Notes: generated by a model not told the origin, from the letters alone. Shown: positions 10,080 through 18,531, counted from the first letter of the stretch. The stretch is DNA of 64,000 nucleotides from Pyrinomonadales bacterium (GCA_038246645.1 JBBRVS010000003.1:4569-68568), one strand, 5' to 3'. Program-made: numbers and translations.

Positions 10080-10697
10080 ATGAAAAAACTGCTTTTGATG
10101 TTGTTTGTCGCAATTTTGCTTGGGGGATTTGTCGTTATAAATTCATCAACTTCCAACAGTTCAACCAAAAAATCCATTTATGAATTTTCCGCGCAGAATA
10201 TCGAAGGAAAAGACACGAGTCTGGAAAAATACAAAGGCGATGTGCTTTTGATCGTAAATACTGCCAGCCAATGCGGTTACACCAAGCAATACGAAGGTTT
10301 GCAGGCAATTTACGACAAGTACAAAGACAAAGGTTTCAAAGTTTTAGGTTTTCCGGCAAATAATTTCGGCGGACAGGAACCCGGAACAAATGCGGAAATC
10401 AAAGATTTTTGCACGACGAAATTTAAGGTTACATTTCCGATGTTCGCTAAAATTTCGGTCAAGGGCGAAGACGCTCATCCGCTCTATAAATTTTTAACCG
10501 ATGAGAAGTTAAACGGCGAATTCGGCGGCGATATTTCGTGGAATTTCAATAAATTCCTGACCAATGACAAAGGCGAGATAGTTGCCAGATTTACGTCAAA
10601 AGACGCGCCCGACAGCGAAGAAGTCATCAGGGCGATTGAAAAATATCTGGAAGAAAGAAAAGCCGGAAAAAATCCCGACAAGTTGTCGGCTAAATAG
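10080..10697 (+). CDS. Glutathione peroxidase (Cys type), exported
   Basis: Signal peptide plus the GPx motifs NTASQCGYT, FPANNFGGQEPG and WNFNKFL. Confidence 0.9.
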   Translation: MKKLLLMLFVAILLGGFVVINSSTSNSSTKKSIYEFSAQNIEGKDTSLEKYKGDVLLIVNTASQCGYTKQYEGLQAIYDKYKDKGFKVLGFPANNFGGQEPGTNAEIKDFCTTKFKVTFPMFAKISVKGEDAHPLYKFLTDEKLNGEFGGDISWNFNKFLTNDKGEIVARFTSKDAPDSEEVIRAIEKYLEERKAGKNPDKLSAK

Positions 10698-11065
10698 AAA
10701 TTCGCTTAACCGGAAAATATTTTGAGCCTGTCGGTTGAAGTCTGCTTTCGTATATCACGATCTCGGAAACTTCAAATTGAACAGGCTCGAACTCTTCTTC
10801 GAGATGTTTTTTTGCTAATTCAACCGATTTTTTGGCTCTCTTGATTCGCGCAATGGTCAGATGCGGTTTAAAATTTCTTTTTTCTGCCAAAAAACCGATC
10901 TTTTCGCATTCGCTTTCCAAGTAAATCAAAAATTTTCTTCAAATCTCCTGTTTCATCATTTAATCCAATCCACAAAATCCGGGCGTTTTTCGCATTCGGA
11001 AAAACGCCTGTTTGCTCGATTTTAATAGTAGAGGTCTTTCCTAAATAATAATTATTGATTAGCTT
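10690..11065 (-). pseudogene. thpR: Decayed 2',5' RNA ligase / 2H phosphoesterase (ThpR/LigT) remnant
   Basis: The C-terminal ORF 10690..10929 carries the second HxTx motif (FKPHLTIARIK) and the motif VSEIVIYESRLQPTGSKY. The expected middle segment (IKIEQTGVFPNAKNARILWIGLNDETGDLKKIFD) is encoded immediately upstream in a different frame. Just upstream of that there is a TAA in the same frame. I found no first HxTx motif in any frame. Confidence 0.6.
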
Positions 11066-11183
11066 TACTTAAATTTTAGCGTTTTTCGCGTTTTTCTCGG
11101 TAAAAAAATTAAAAGTTGTATAACCGACAACTCGGGTTAAATAGTTTAAATCCGCATTTTTTGCTAAAATTCTCATTGTCATT

Positions 11184-12254
11184 ATGAAATATATCAAAAT
11201 TTTATTCGCATTATTTTTCTTGTCAATTTTAGCGGTCGTCGGATTTTCGTATTGGCTGTACAGTTCGCTGAACGCGCCGCACCAGCACGAAAAAACGGCG
11301 GAATTTATCAAGATCGAAAAAGGCACCACGCCGAACCAGATTATTGACAGACTTTCCGACGAAGGAATTATTTCAGCTAAACTTCCCGTACAGATTTATC
11401 TCAGAACCTTCGGCGATTCGAGCAATTTTCAAGCCGGAGAATTCAAATTTCCGTCGCCGATCTCGCCATTGCAGGTTTTACGCGAACTCGAAAAAGGCGA
11501 AGAACGCACCACAAAACTGACGATTCCCGAAGGTTTTACGCGTTTTGATATTGCGAAAAGAATTGCCGAAAATTTTCCAGACGATCCGCCGGTGGACGAC
11601 AAAACCGTTCTCGAACTGATGAACGACACGAGTTTGATCAAAGACCTCGATCCGCTCGCCAAAAACCTCGAAGGTTATATGTATCCAAGTACTTACAACT
11701 TCCCGCCCGATTCGAAACCGCAGGACATAATCAAACGAACGGTCGAGCAATTCAGAAAAATCTGGAAACCGGAATGGAACGCCCGCGCCAGGGAATTGGG
11801 TCGAACTCCGCACGAAATCGTCACGATCGCTTCCTTGATCGAAACCGAATCGAAATTTGAAGAAGAACGCCCCGTGGTCGCTTCGGTCATCTACAACCGC
11901 ATCCGCCGAAATATTCCCCTCGGCATAGATCAGACGGTCGTTTATGTGGCGAAAATGCAAAACCGTTGGGACGGCACGATTCATAAAAGCGATCTGGAAG
12001 TTGACTCGCCCTATAACACCAGAAAATACGGCGGAATTCCGCCCGGACCGATTTCTTCCGTTTCCGAAAGCGCGATCAACGCCGCGCTCAATCCGGCACA
12101 AACTGATTATATTTTTTATGTCTTAAATGTTGAAAAAAACGACGGCTCGCATCATTTCTATGCTTCCGCCGCCGATTTCGAACGCGGCAAACGCGCCTAT
12201 CAAATCTGGCTCGAAGCGCAAAGAGCGAAAATCCGCGCCGAAGGAAAAAATTGA
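11184..12254 (+). CDS. mltG: Endolytic murein transglycosylase MltG (YceG family)
   Basis: N-terminal TM helix followed by a YceG-like domain (IPEGFTRFDIAKRI, IASLIETES, YNTRKYGGIPPGPISS). Confidence 0.9.
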   Translation: MKYIKILFALFFLSILAVVGFSYWLYSSLNAPHQHEKTAEFIKIEKGTTPNQIIDRLSDEGIISAKLPVQIYLRTFGDSSNFQAGEFKFPSPISPLQVLRELEKGEERTTKLTIPEGFTRFDIAKRIAENFPDDPPVDDKTVLELMNDTSLIKDLDPLAKNLEGYMYPSTYNFPPDSKPQDIIKRTVEQFRKIWKPEWNARARELGRTPHEIVTIASLIETESKFEEERPVVASVIYNRIRRNIPLGIDQTVVYVAKMQNRWDGTIHKSDLEVDSPYNTRKYGGIPPGPISSVSESAINAALNPAQTDYIFYVLNVEKNDGSHHFYASAADFERGKRAYQIWLEAQRAKIRAEGKN

Positions 12255-12277
12255 CGCTCCCGTTTCATAAGATTACA

Positions 12278-12583
12278 ATGAGATTTGAATGGGATGAAGA
12301 AAAACGTCTGGAAAATTTGAGAAAACACGACTTCGATTTTGCCGACGTTATAAAAGTTTTTAATTCCGAAAGATATACGATTACTGATAATCTTTTTGAT
12401 TACGGAGAAATCAGATTTTTTACGGTCGGTTTATTAAATGACCGGATTATTGCTGTTTCACATACTGAAACCGACGAACTAATCAGAATTATCTCGTCAA
12501 GAAAAGCAAATAAAAATGAACAAGAAAAATATTTTAGAGAAATCGCAGCCGAATTGGAAGAAGATTGTTGCAATGACCGATGA
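12278..12583 (+). CDS. brnT: BrnT-family (DUF497) type II toxin ribonuclease
   Basis: MRFEWDEEKRLENLRKHDFDFADV...RIISSRKANKNEQEKY matches the BrnT/DUF497 pattern. ATG at 12278 is preferred over the TTG at 12251. Confidence 0.8.
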   Translation: MRFEWDEEKRLENLRKHDFDFADVIKVFNSERYTITDNLFDYGEIRFFTVGLLNDRIIAVSHTETDELIRIISSRKANKNEQEKYFREIAAELEEDCCNDR

Positions 12584-12797
12584 GGAAATAGATTATTCGG
12601 ATATTCCGCCAATCACCGATGAAATCTGGTCAAAAGGCGTGTTGCGGAAAGGTTTCAAACCGATTCCGCAAACAAATCAGGTAACTTTGGCAATTGACCG
12701 CGATATTATTGATTTTTTTAAGGAACACGGACAAAATCATAAGAAAAAAATCAATCAACTGCTGCGCGCTTATATGGAAGAACATCAGGCAAAATAA
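12516..12797 (+). CDS. brnA: BrnA-family antitoxin
   Basis: NWKKIVAMTDEEIDYSDIPPITDE ... VTLAIDRDIIDFFKEHGQNHKKKINQLLRAYM matches the BrnA_antitoxin pattern. Toxin-first gene order is typical of BrnTA. It overlaps brnT by 68 nt; the alternative ATG at 12573 would overlap by 11 nt. Confidence 0.75.
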   Translation: MNKKNILEKSQPNWKKIVAMTDEEIDYSDIPPITDEIWSKGVLRKGFKPIPQTNQVTLAIDRDIIDFFKEHGQNHKKKINQLLRAYMEEHQAK

Positions 12798-12841
12798 CTT
12801 TTTTATGGGAACCTTTTCTCTTTTCCGGTGTCTAACAAATT

Positions 12842-13363
12842 ATGATTTCAAGCAATTATGTCTCAAAAAAAACACGAAAACTATTGTTAATTGTCGGTTT
12901 TGCCTTATTTACTTTTTCATTTATCAGTCTTTGTGCTTATACCATCAAAGATCAAGTTGAACGCGATTCTGATGAGCAAAAACAAGCTGAAAATGCAGCA
13001 AAAGGATTACCGGCTTTTTCAGGACCATATTGTTTTCCCGATAAACATTCGCAATTTCTCTCATTAAATATATTGCTGGCAGGTTTGATTTTTGGCACAG
13101 CTTTTTTCTCAAAAACATTTTTATTTTCTGCATTTTTTTCTGGTATGTTATTTTCCAGATATGTTTATTGGTATTACGACACTCAGAAGGCATTGTCTTT
13201 AAATGAATTATATTTTCCTCAAGGATTAAATCATTTCTTTTACAAAGCAACGATTTTTGATCTTCTAACGCTTTCGATACTTTCTATTTTATTCTTTTGG
13301 CAAATTTCGGTTCTTTTGCGTATTCTAATTAAAACAATACAAAAGGAAGAAAGCTTACCATAA
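12842..13363 (+). CDS. Hypothetical membrane protein (about 4 TM helices)
   Basis: 173-aa ORF with hydrophobic segments and no recognisable motif. It abuts the next gene (its stop is adjacent to the ATG at 13364). Confidence 0.5.
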   Translation: MISSNYVSKKTRKLLLIVGFALFTFSFISLCAYTIKDQVERDSDEQKQAENAAKGLPAFSGPYCFPDKHSQFLSLNILLAGLIFGTAFFSKTFLFSAFFSGMLFSRYVYWYYDTQKALSLNELYFPQGLNHFFYKATIFDLLTLSILSILFFWQISVLLRILIKTIQKEESLP

Positions 13364-14227
13364 ATGATAAAATTACTCGCACTCGATCTCGACGGAACAC
13401 TTCTAAACTCTCGCGGAAAAATTCCCGTAGAAAATCTGCGTGCCATTGAAAAAGCCGAAGAATCGGGCGTTCTGGTAACAATTGCGACGGGCAGGCGTTT
13501 TCGTGATGCGCTGCCCGTCGGACTTGAATTAAACCTCAATGCGCCGCTGATCTGTCATAACGGCGCACTACTCAAATATGCCGAAACGCTTGAAAATGTC
13601 GCGGTTTCATTGATTCCGCATAAAACTTTGTATGAAATTCTGCGCGTCGGAGGCGAATTCGGCGCGGATGCGATGATGAGCTGCGATCCGCACGGCAAAG
13701 GCATTTTGTATTATGATCGCGTTTCGGAGGAAAATCTGCCGCTCCAAAGTTATATTGCCTGGTCGAAAACGCTGCACGGCGCGGATGCCGAAAAATCCAT
13801 TCAGCACGTTCCGAATCTCAAGGATATTCTCGAAGAAAACGAAACCGTACACGTTTCATTTTCCGGCGCGTGTGCGCCGATGCTCGATTTGCAAAAGGTT
13901 CTGGAAACGGAACTTCATACAACGGCAAACATTCTCGCAACCATTTATCCGCATCTTGATTTTACACTTTTAGACATTTTGCCGTCGGACGCTTCCAAAG
14001 GAATCGGCGTTGAAAAACTCGCGCTTATTCACAAACTTTCCGCCGAAAACGTGATGGTTATCGGCGATAATTTCAACGATCTGGAAATGCTCGAATACGC
14101 CGGAACTCCGGTCGTGATGGGCAACGCTTCGCCCGAATTACTTGAAAATGAAAAGTTTGAGACGACTTTGAGCAATGACGAAAACGGTGTAGCATTAGCA
14201 ATTGAACGATTTATTTTGGGAGTATAA
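13364..14227 (+). CDS. Cof-type HAD-IIB phosphatase
   Basis: Motif I LALDLDGTLL and motif IV GDNFNDLEML, with a cap domain between them. Confidence 0.85.
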   Translation: MIKLLALDLDGTLLNSRGKIPVENLRAIEKAEESGVLVTIATGRRFRDALPVGLELNLNAPLICHNGALLKYAETLENVAVSLIPHKTLYEILRVGGEFGADAMMSCDPHGKGILYYDRVSEENLPLQSYIAWSKTLHGADAEKSIQHVPNLKDILEENETVHVSFSGACAPMLDLQKVLETELHTTANILATIYPHLDFTLLDILPSDASKGIGVEKLALIHKLSAENVMVIGDNFNDLEMLEYAGTPVVMGNASPELLENEKFETTLSNDENGVALAIERFILGV

Positions 14228-14231
14228 CAAA

Positions 14232-14645
14232 ATGGGTGAAGTCAGAGTTAAAGTTAAACTTACCAATTCCTACGACATGAGCCGCCGTCAAAGAGGCGAA
14301 ATCAACGAGGATGAAGTCCGTAAATATGAAGCTGATGCATTAATTGATACAGGCGCAGTATCTTCGGTTATTCCGGCTAACGTAATGAAAATACTAGGTT
14401 TGCTGTCACGCGGCGAACGCGTTGCCGAATATGCTGATGGACGTAAAGACATTGTTGACTTAACCGAGCCGATTATTTTTAATATCATCGGACGGGAAAC
14501 GGAAGAAGGTGCAATGGTTTTGGGCGACGAAGTTCTTATCGGGCAAACAATTTTAGAAGTCTTGGATTTGCAAGTTGATTGTCGAAATCAAAAGGTTATT
14601 CCAAATCCCGCGCATCCCGATCAACCGGTTGTAAAAATTAAATGA
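14232..14645 (+). CDS. Retropepsin-like (clan AA) aspartic protease
   Basis: ATG at 14232 has GGGAG upstream. It has the ALIDTGAVSSVIP D-T-G active-site motif, is about 137 aa, and shows the typical LIGQTILEVLDL C-terminal pattern. Confidence 0.75.
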   Translation: MGEVRVKVKLTNSYDMSRRQRGEINEDEVRKYEADALIDTGAVSSVIPANVMKILGLLSRGERVAEYADGRKDIVDLTEPIIFNIIGRETEEGAMVLGDEVLIGQTILEVLDLQVDCRNQKVIPNPAHPDQPVVKIK

Positions 14646-14968
14646 AAAAGTTAAAGGTTTTGTTTTCATCAATAATTTTAGTTTTTCTTTTATTTTCTGC
14701 TACATTTTCGCAGGAAAAGGTTGCTGATTTTTCCGAACAAATAGTTTTTATTGACAAATATCAATTTGAAGAGGAAAAAACCGGAATAAAAAGAATTGTT
14801 CAAGCCTATAACTATTTATGTCCAGGCGGTTCTTCAGTAACTTTGAGTGAAATTTTAGAAATTGACAAAGAGTTAAAAAATCCAAATTTACCAACAGAAG
14901 TGCGTATTGAAAAAGAACTTCTGATAAAAAAATTAAAAGAAAAGGATTTTCAGGATTATAAAAGATGA
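14642..14968 (+). CDS. OmpH/Skp-like periplasmic chaperone, N-terminal part ending at an in-frame TGA
   Basis: Signal peptide MKKLKVLFSSIILVFLLFSATFSQ, then IVFIDKYQF and a Lys/Glu-rich coiled-coil region. The stop is at 14966-14968. The family call is tentative. Confidence 0.55.
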   Translation: MKKLKVLFSSIILVFLLFSATFSQEKVADFSEQIVFIDKYQFEEEKTGIKRIVQAYNYLCPGGSSVTLSEILEIDKELKNPNLPTEVRIEKELLIKKLKEKDFQDYKR

Positions 14969-15040
14969 GAAAAAATACTTATCGAGCCGATTGCTGCGGA
15001 AATTTCAGCTTCGATAAAAGAAATAGAAACTCGAAACAGT

Positions 15041-15502
15041 TTGATAATTATATTTGTTGATGAAGTTTACGGATTCGGAAGTTTGTTGTTTTATGAAGAG
15101 AAATTGGATATTACACCAGACTTTATAGATTCATTTAATGATTCGAAAAAAGATTTCGGGGATGTCGGATTAAATGTTCCGCAAAGTAAGATAGCTTTAA
15201 TAAATACAGAAAAATTTTACGATAAAGATACAGGATTAAAACAGTTACTTTTGGAATTCAAAAAAATCGAATCAATTGCAAATAAATCTAATGAAACGCT
15301 GACGGAATCTGAAAGATTATTGCGAAAAGACTATATTAAATTTTTAGGTAACATCGGAAATGAATTTAAAGAGTTTTCAAAAATTAAAGGTTTTAACGCA
15401 GTGTTTGACAGCAGCAGAAAATTACCGCAACAATTACAAAATGTTGAATCAACAGATATTACAGAAGAATTCATTCAATACTTTAATAATAAATATCCAT
15501 AA
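15041..15502 (+). CDS. OmpH/Skp-like continuation (same frame as 14642..14968) plus a second OmpH-like module
   Basis: It is in frame with the upstream ORF. The sequence across the stop reads ...DFQDYKR*EKILIEPIAAEISASIKEIETRNSLIIIFVDEVYGFGSLLFYEEKLDITPDFIDSFN, an OmpH C-terminal pattern. A second module ends in ...FNAVFDSS...STDITEEFIQYFNN. There is no signal peptide of its own. Confidence 0.45.
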   Translation: MIIIFVDEVYGFGSLLFYEEKLDITPDFIDSFNDSKKDFGDVGLNVPQSKIALINTEKFYDKDTGLKQLLLEFKKIESIANKSNETLTESERLLRKDYIKFLGNIGNEFKEFSKIKGFNAVFDSSRKLPQQLQNVESTDITEEFIQYFNNKYP

Positions 15503-15519
15503 AACACAAGGAGAAATAA

Positions 15520-16005
15520 ATGGCTAACAGAACAGCAGTTTTAGAAACGAACAAGGGAACGATAAAATTTGAACTTTTAGAAGAGGACGCGCCGAAAGCG
15601 ACGGAAAATTTTCGTATTTTGGCGGAGAAAGGTTATTACGACGGCGTGATTTTTCACCGCGTGATTGAAAATTTTATGATTCAAGGCGGCGACCCGCTCG
15701 GCGAAGGTTACGGCGGCGAATCGGCTTGGGGCGGAAAATTCGACGACGAAATTGATAAAAGTTCCGATCTTTATCAAGGTTCTTACAATAAAGGCACGGT
15801 GGCAATGGCAAATTCGGGACCGAATACGAACGGCTCGCAGTTTTTTATAATGCACATTGATTATCCGCTGCCGCCGAGCTATACGAAATTCGGAAAAGTA
15901 ATCGAAGGTCAGGACGTAATTGACGAAATCGCTACGGTCGAAACAAATTCGCGCGACAAACCGGTTGACGCGGTCGTCATGGAAAAGGTTTATATCGAGG
16001 AATAA
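15520..16005 (+). CDS. Cytoplasmic cyclophilin-type peptidyl-prolyl isomerase
   Basis: FHRVIENFMIQGGDP, NSGPNTNGSQFFI. AAGGAGA ribosome-binding site upstream. Confidence 0.9.
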   Translation: MANRTAVLETNKGTIKFELLEEDAPKATENFRILAEKGYYDGVIFHRVIENFMIQGGDPLGEGYGGESAWGGKFDDEIDKSSDLYQGSYNKGTVAMANSGPNTNGSQFFIMHIDYPLPPSYTKFGKVIEGQDVIDEIATVETNSRDKPVDAVVMEKVYIEE

Positions 16006-16009
16006 TTTA

Positions 16010-16201
16010 CAGTTGACAATGGACAGTGGACAATTCGTAATGCCTCAATAAAAAGTTACAGATGTTGTTTCAATAAAACGCCTTGATTGAAAATAAAAGA
16101 CTTACGGGTTTTAAATGAACAAAGAAGTAGTTCCATAACTTATAGTTGAGGCATTACGACAATTTTTCTTTGATTGTCCGCTGTCCATTGTCAGTTGTCA
16201 G
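16010..16201. repeat. Palindromic element with heptamer-type arms (TGGACAG/TGGACAA)
   Basis: The left arm is ACAGTTGACAATGGACAGTGGACAATTCGTAATGCCTCAA (16010-16049). The right arm is TTGAGGCATTACGACAAT...GATTGTCCGCTGTCCATTGTCAGTTGTCAG (16146-16201). The spacer is about 95 nt. Confidence 0.75.
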
Positions 16202-16206
16202 TTTTT

Positions 16207-16656
16207 ATGCGCTGCATAATCCAGAGAGTTTCGCGGGCAAAAGTTACGGTTTCGGGCGAAAAGGTCGGCGAAATCGGTAGAGGAATTTTGATTCTTTTGG
16301 GCGTTTCTCGGGAAGATTCGGAAAAAGAAGCCGATTATCTCCTTGAAAAAACCTTAAATCTGCGGATTTTTGAAGATGCGGAAGACAAAATGAATCTTTC
16401 TCTTCTCGACATCAAGGGCGAACTTTTGGTCGTATCGCAATTTACGCTTTACGGCGACGCGCGCAAAGGTCGGCGACCTTCGTTTATCAAAGCCGGATTG
16501 CCCGACGAGGCAAATGCGCTTTATAAACATTTTGTTAAAGAGGCGCGGAAACAGATCGAAAAGGTCGAAACCGGACGATTTCAAGCGATGATGGATGTCG
16601 AACTCGTCAATAATGGTCCGGTAACGATATTGCTTGACAGCGAAAAGATTTTTTAA
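16207..16656 (+). CDS. dtd: D-aminoacyl-tRNA deacylase
   Basis: MRCIIQRVSRAKVTV...SQFTLYGD...GRRPSF...NNGPVTILLDS. ATG at 16207 is preferred; the track start at 16174 lies inside the repeat arm. Confidence 0.9.
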   Translation: MRCIIQRVSRAKVTVSGEKVGEIGRGILILLGVSREDSEKEADYLLEKTLNLRIFEDAEDKMNLSLLDIKGELLVVSQFTLYGDARKGRRPSFIKAGLPDEANALYKHFVKEARKQIEKVETGRFQAMMDVELVNNGPVTILLDSEKIF

Positions 16657-16670
16657 TATTAAAACACTTT

Positions 16671-17309
16671 ATGAAACAGAAAATTTCAATTTTATTTATA
16701 ATTTTAACGGCAGTTTTTTTTATTGCCTGCAATCAGACAAATTCTTCAAATTCCAATTCAAAAACTGCGGAAACTCCTTCGGAGGTCAAAAAAGGCGTTG
16801 CACCCGTTGCCGATAATGAGATTGCGGTAATTGAGATGGAAAACCCCGCCGCTTTCGGGACGGTCAAGATCGAACTTTATTCAAATATCGCGCCGCAGAT
16901 GGTTACGCGCTTCAAGGAACTTGCCAGAGAAGGATTTTTCAACGGCACTTCTTTTCACCGCATCAATCAATCGGTAATTCAGGGCGGCGATCCCTTGTCA
17001 AAGGACAATGATCCGAGCAATGACGGCACGGGCGGTTCAAACAAACCGGACGTTCCGGCTGAATTTTCCGATATTCCTTACGATGTGGGAATCATCGGCG
17101 CGGCTCGCGGGCAGAGCGAAAATTCCGCTAATTCACAATTTTTTATCACCTTAAAACGCGAACCCGGATTTGATAATAAATATACGATCTTCGGCAAAGT
17201 CATCGAAGGAATGAGCAACGTCCGAACAATCGCCGGAGTGACGCCGAAACAAGGTGAACGACCGATGGAAAATGTTGTGATTAAAAGCGTTACAATACAG
17301 GCGAAATAA
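16671..17309 (+). CDS. Exported (lipoprotein) cyclophilin-type peptidyl-prolyl isomerase
   Basis: Lipobox VFFIAC. Motifs FHRINQSVIQGGDP and NSANSQFFI. Confidence 0.9.
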   Translation: MKQKISILFIILTAVFFIACNQTNSSNSNSKTAETPSEVKKGVAPVADNEIAVIEMENPAAFGTVKIELYSNIAPQMVTRFKELAREGFFNGTSFHRINQSVIQGGDPLSKDNDPSNDGTGGSNKPDVPAEFSDIPYDVGIIGAARGQSENSANSQFFITLKREPGFDNKYTIFGKVIEGMSNVRTIAGVTPKQGERPMENVVIKSVTIQAK

Positions 17310-17311
17310 AG

Positions 17312-17466
17312 AAAGTTTAAAAGTGAAAAGGTGAAAAGGTTTAAAAGTAAAAAAGTTTTTCTTGATTTGTAAACAGTTTTGGTTAACGTCAAAGTTTTCT
17401 TGATTTTACTAAATTTAAAACCGAAACTACCAAAAACTTTTTCACATTTTCACTTTTAAACCTTTG
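17312..17466. repeat. Octamer-arm palindromic element (family 1, GTGAAAAR/GTTTAAAA units)
   Basis: The left arm is AAAGTTTAAAAGTGAAAAGGTGAAAAGGTTTAAAAGTAAAAAAGTTTTT. The right arm is AAAAACTTTTTCACATTTTCACTTTTAAACCTTTG. Confidence 0.75.
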
Positions 17467-17495
17467 TCCTAAACAATTGACATTATGTAGTTTAT

Positions 17496-17568
17496 GCTCG
17501 CGTAGCTCAGTGGATAGAGTGCTTCCCTCCGAAGGAAGAAGCCGCAGGTTCGAATCCCGCCGCGAGTA
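17496..17568 (+). tRNA. tRNA-Arg (anticodon CCG)
   Basis: 73-nt cloverleaf folded by hand. Acceptor stem is GCTCGCG/CGCGAGT (G1-U72). D arm is GCTC-AGTGGATA-GAGT. Anticodon arm is CTTCC-CTCCGAA-GGAAG. T arm is GCAGG-TTCGAAT-CCCGC with one A-C mismatch. Discriminator is A and no CCA is encoded. Confidence 0.85.
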
Positions 17569-17587
17569 TTTTTTAATTTTAAAGATT

Positions 17588-18385
17588 TTGAAAATCACCA
17601 GCCGCGACAATCAGAGATTGAAACAGGCAAGAAAAGTGCGCGACGGCAAGATCAAAGACTCGGTTTTTGTCGAAGGCATTCGGCTTACCGAAGAAACTTT
17701 GCGCTCCGATGTGGTGATTACGGAAGTTTTTTTTGCTGAAACTTTTGCCGAAAACGAACGCGGAAAAAGTTTGTTGGATAAATTTTCAACTTTTGAAACC
17801 GATATTTTTGAAGTATCCGACCAAATTTTCGGTTCGCTTTCCGACACAAAAAATTCTCAGGGCGTTGTTTTAATTGCCGAAAAACCTCAAACCGGAAAAG
17901 AAAAAATCGAAGCGAATATAACAAAGGATTTTCAACTCGTTTTGCTGCTTCACGAAGTAAATAATCCGAGTAATCTTGGCGCGATCTTGCGGACGGCTGA
18001 AGCTGCGGGAGTTGGCGGCGTTATTTTAACTAAAAATTCGGCAAATGCTTTTTCGCCAAAGACCGTGCGAGCTTCGATGGGCGCAGTTTTTCGTGTTCCG
18101 ATTTGGGAAAATGCGGATTTTTCGGAAGTTTTGAGCTGGGCAAAAAATAATTATCTTCAATCAATTTGTGCTGATGTCAGAGCGGAAAAAAGTTATACGG
18201 AAATTAACTGGAAAAAACAACGCCTTTTAATTTTCGGTTCTGAAGCGCACGGTTTGAATTTAACGGAAAGAAACGAAATCGAGGAAAGTCTTGTAATTCC
18301 GATGGAAAACGAGGTCGAAAGCCTGAATCTGGCAGTTTCCTGCGGAATAATTTTATTTGAAGCAAAACGGCAGAGAGAAAATTGA
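17588..18385 (+). CDS. TrmH/SpoU-family RNA 2'-O-methyltransferase
   Basis: Motifs NPSNLGAILRTAEAAGVGGVIL, LIFGSEAHGL and IPMENEVESLNLAVSCGIILFE. The track ORF starts at 17477 but that part overlaps the tRNA. The in-frame TTG at 17588 (LKITSRDNQRLKQ) is the likely start. Confidence 0.8.
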   Translation: MKITSRDNQRLKQARKVRDGKIKDSVFVEGIRLTEETLRSDVVITEVFFAETFAENERGKSLLDKFSTFETDIFEVSDQIFGSLSDTKNSQGVVLIAEKPQTGKEKIEANITKDFQLVLLLHEVNNPSNLGAILRTAEAAGVGGVILTKNSANAFSPKTVRASMGAVFRVPIWENADFSEVLSWAKNNYLQSICADVRAEKSYTEINWKKQRLLIFGSEAHGLNLTERNEIEESLVIPMENEVESLNLAVSCGIILFEAKRQREN

Positions 18386-18526
18386 CCGGAGCGCAAAGAC
18401 TGGATCGCAGACAGCCTGTCTGCATGAGTGCGCTAGCACGAACAAGCGTTTGGTAAAATTAAGTTTATTGCGAACAGAGGATTTTTCGCGCTTTGCGTTC
18501 AGGCAGACAGGCTGTCTGCGTTCCGG
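18386..18526. repeat. Cluster of complementary motifs between convergent genes
   Basis: There are two mutually complementary 17-mers, GCAGACAGCCTGTCTGC (18407-18423) and GCAGACAGGCTGTCTGC (18503-18519). The region also has GCGCAAAG / CTTTGCG and CCGGA / TCCGG pairs. The pair order is not that of a simple hairpin. Confidence 0.6.
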
Positions 18527-18531
18527 TCTTT

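Noticed and set aside
14966-14968. Selenocysteine or an alternative genetic code as the explanation for the in-frame TGA
   Set aside because: All other long genes in the window end normally and lack internal TGA codons, so there is no code reassignment. The context (KR-TGA-EK in a coiled-coil chaperone) is not a redox Cys/Sec site. I saw no convincing SECIS-like element and no sel genes.
17477-17587. N-terminal 37 codons of track ORF 17477..18385
   Set aside because: This stretch is the tRNA-Arg gene read as protein. The methyltransferase most likely starts at the in-frame TTG at 17588.
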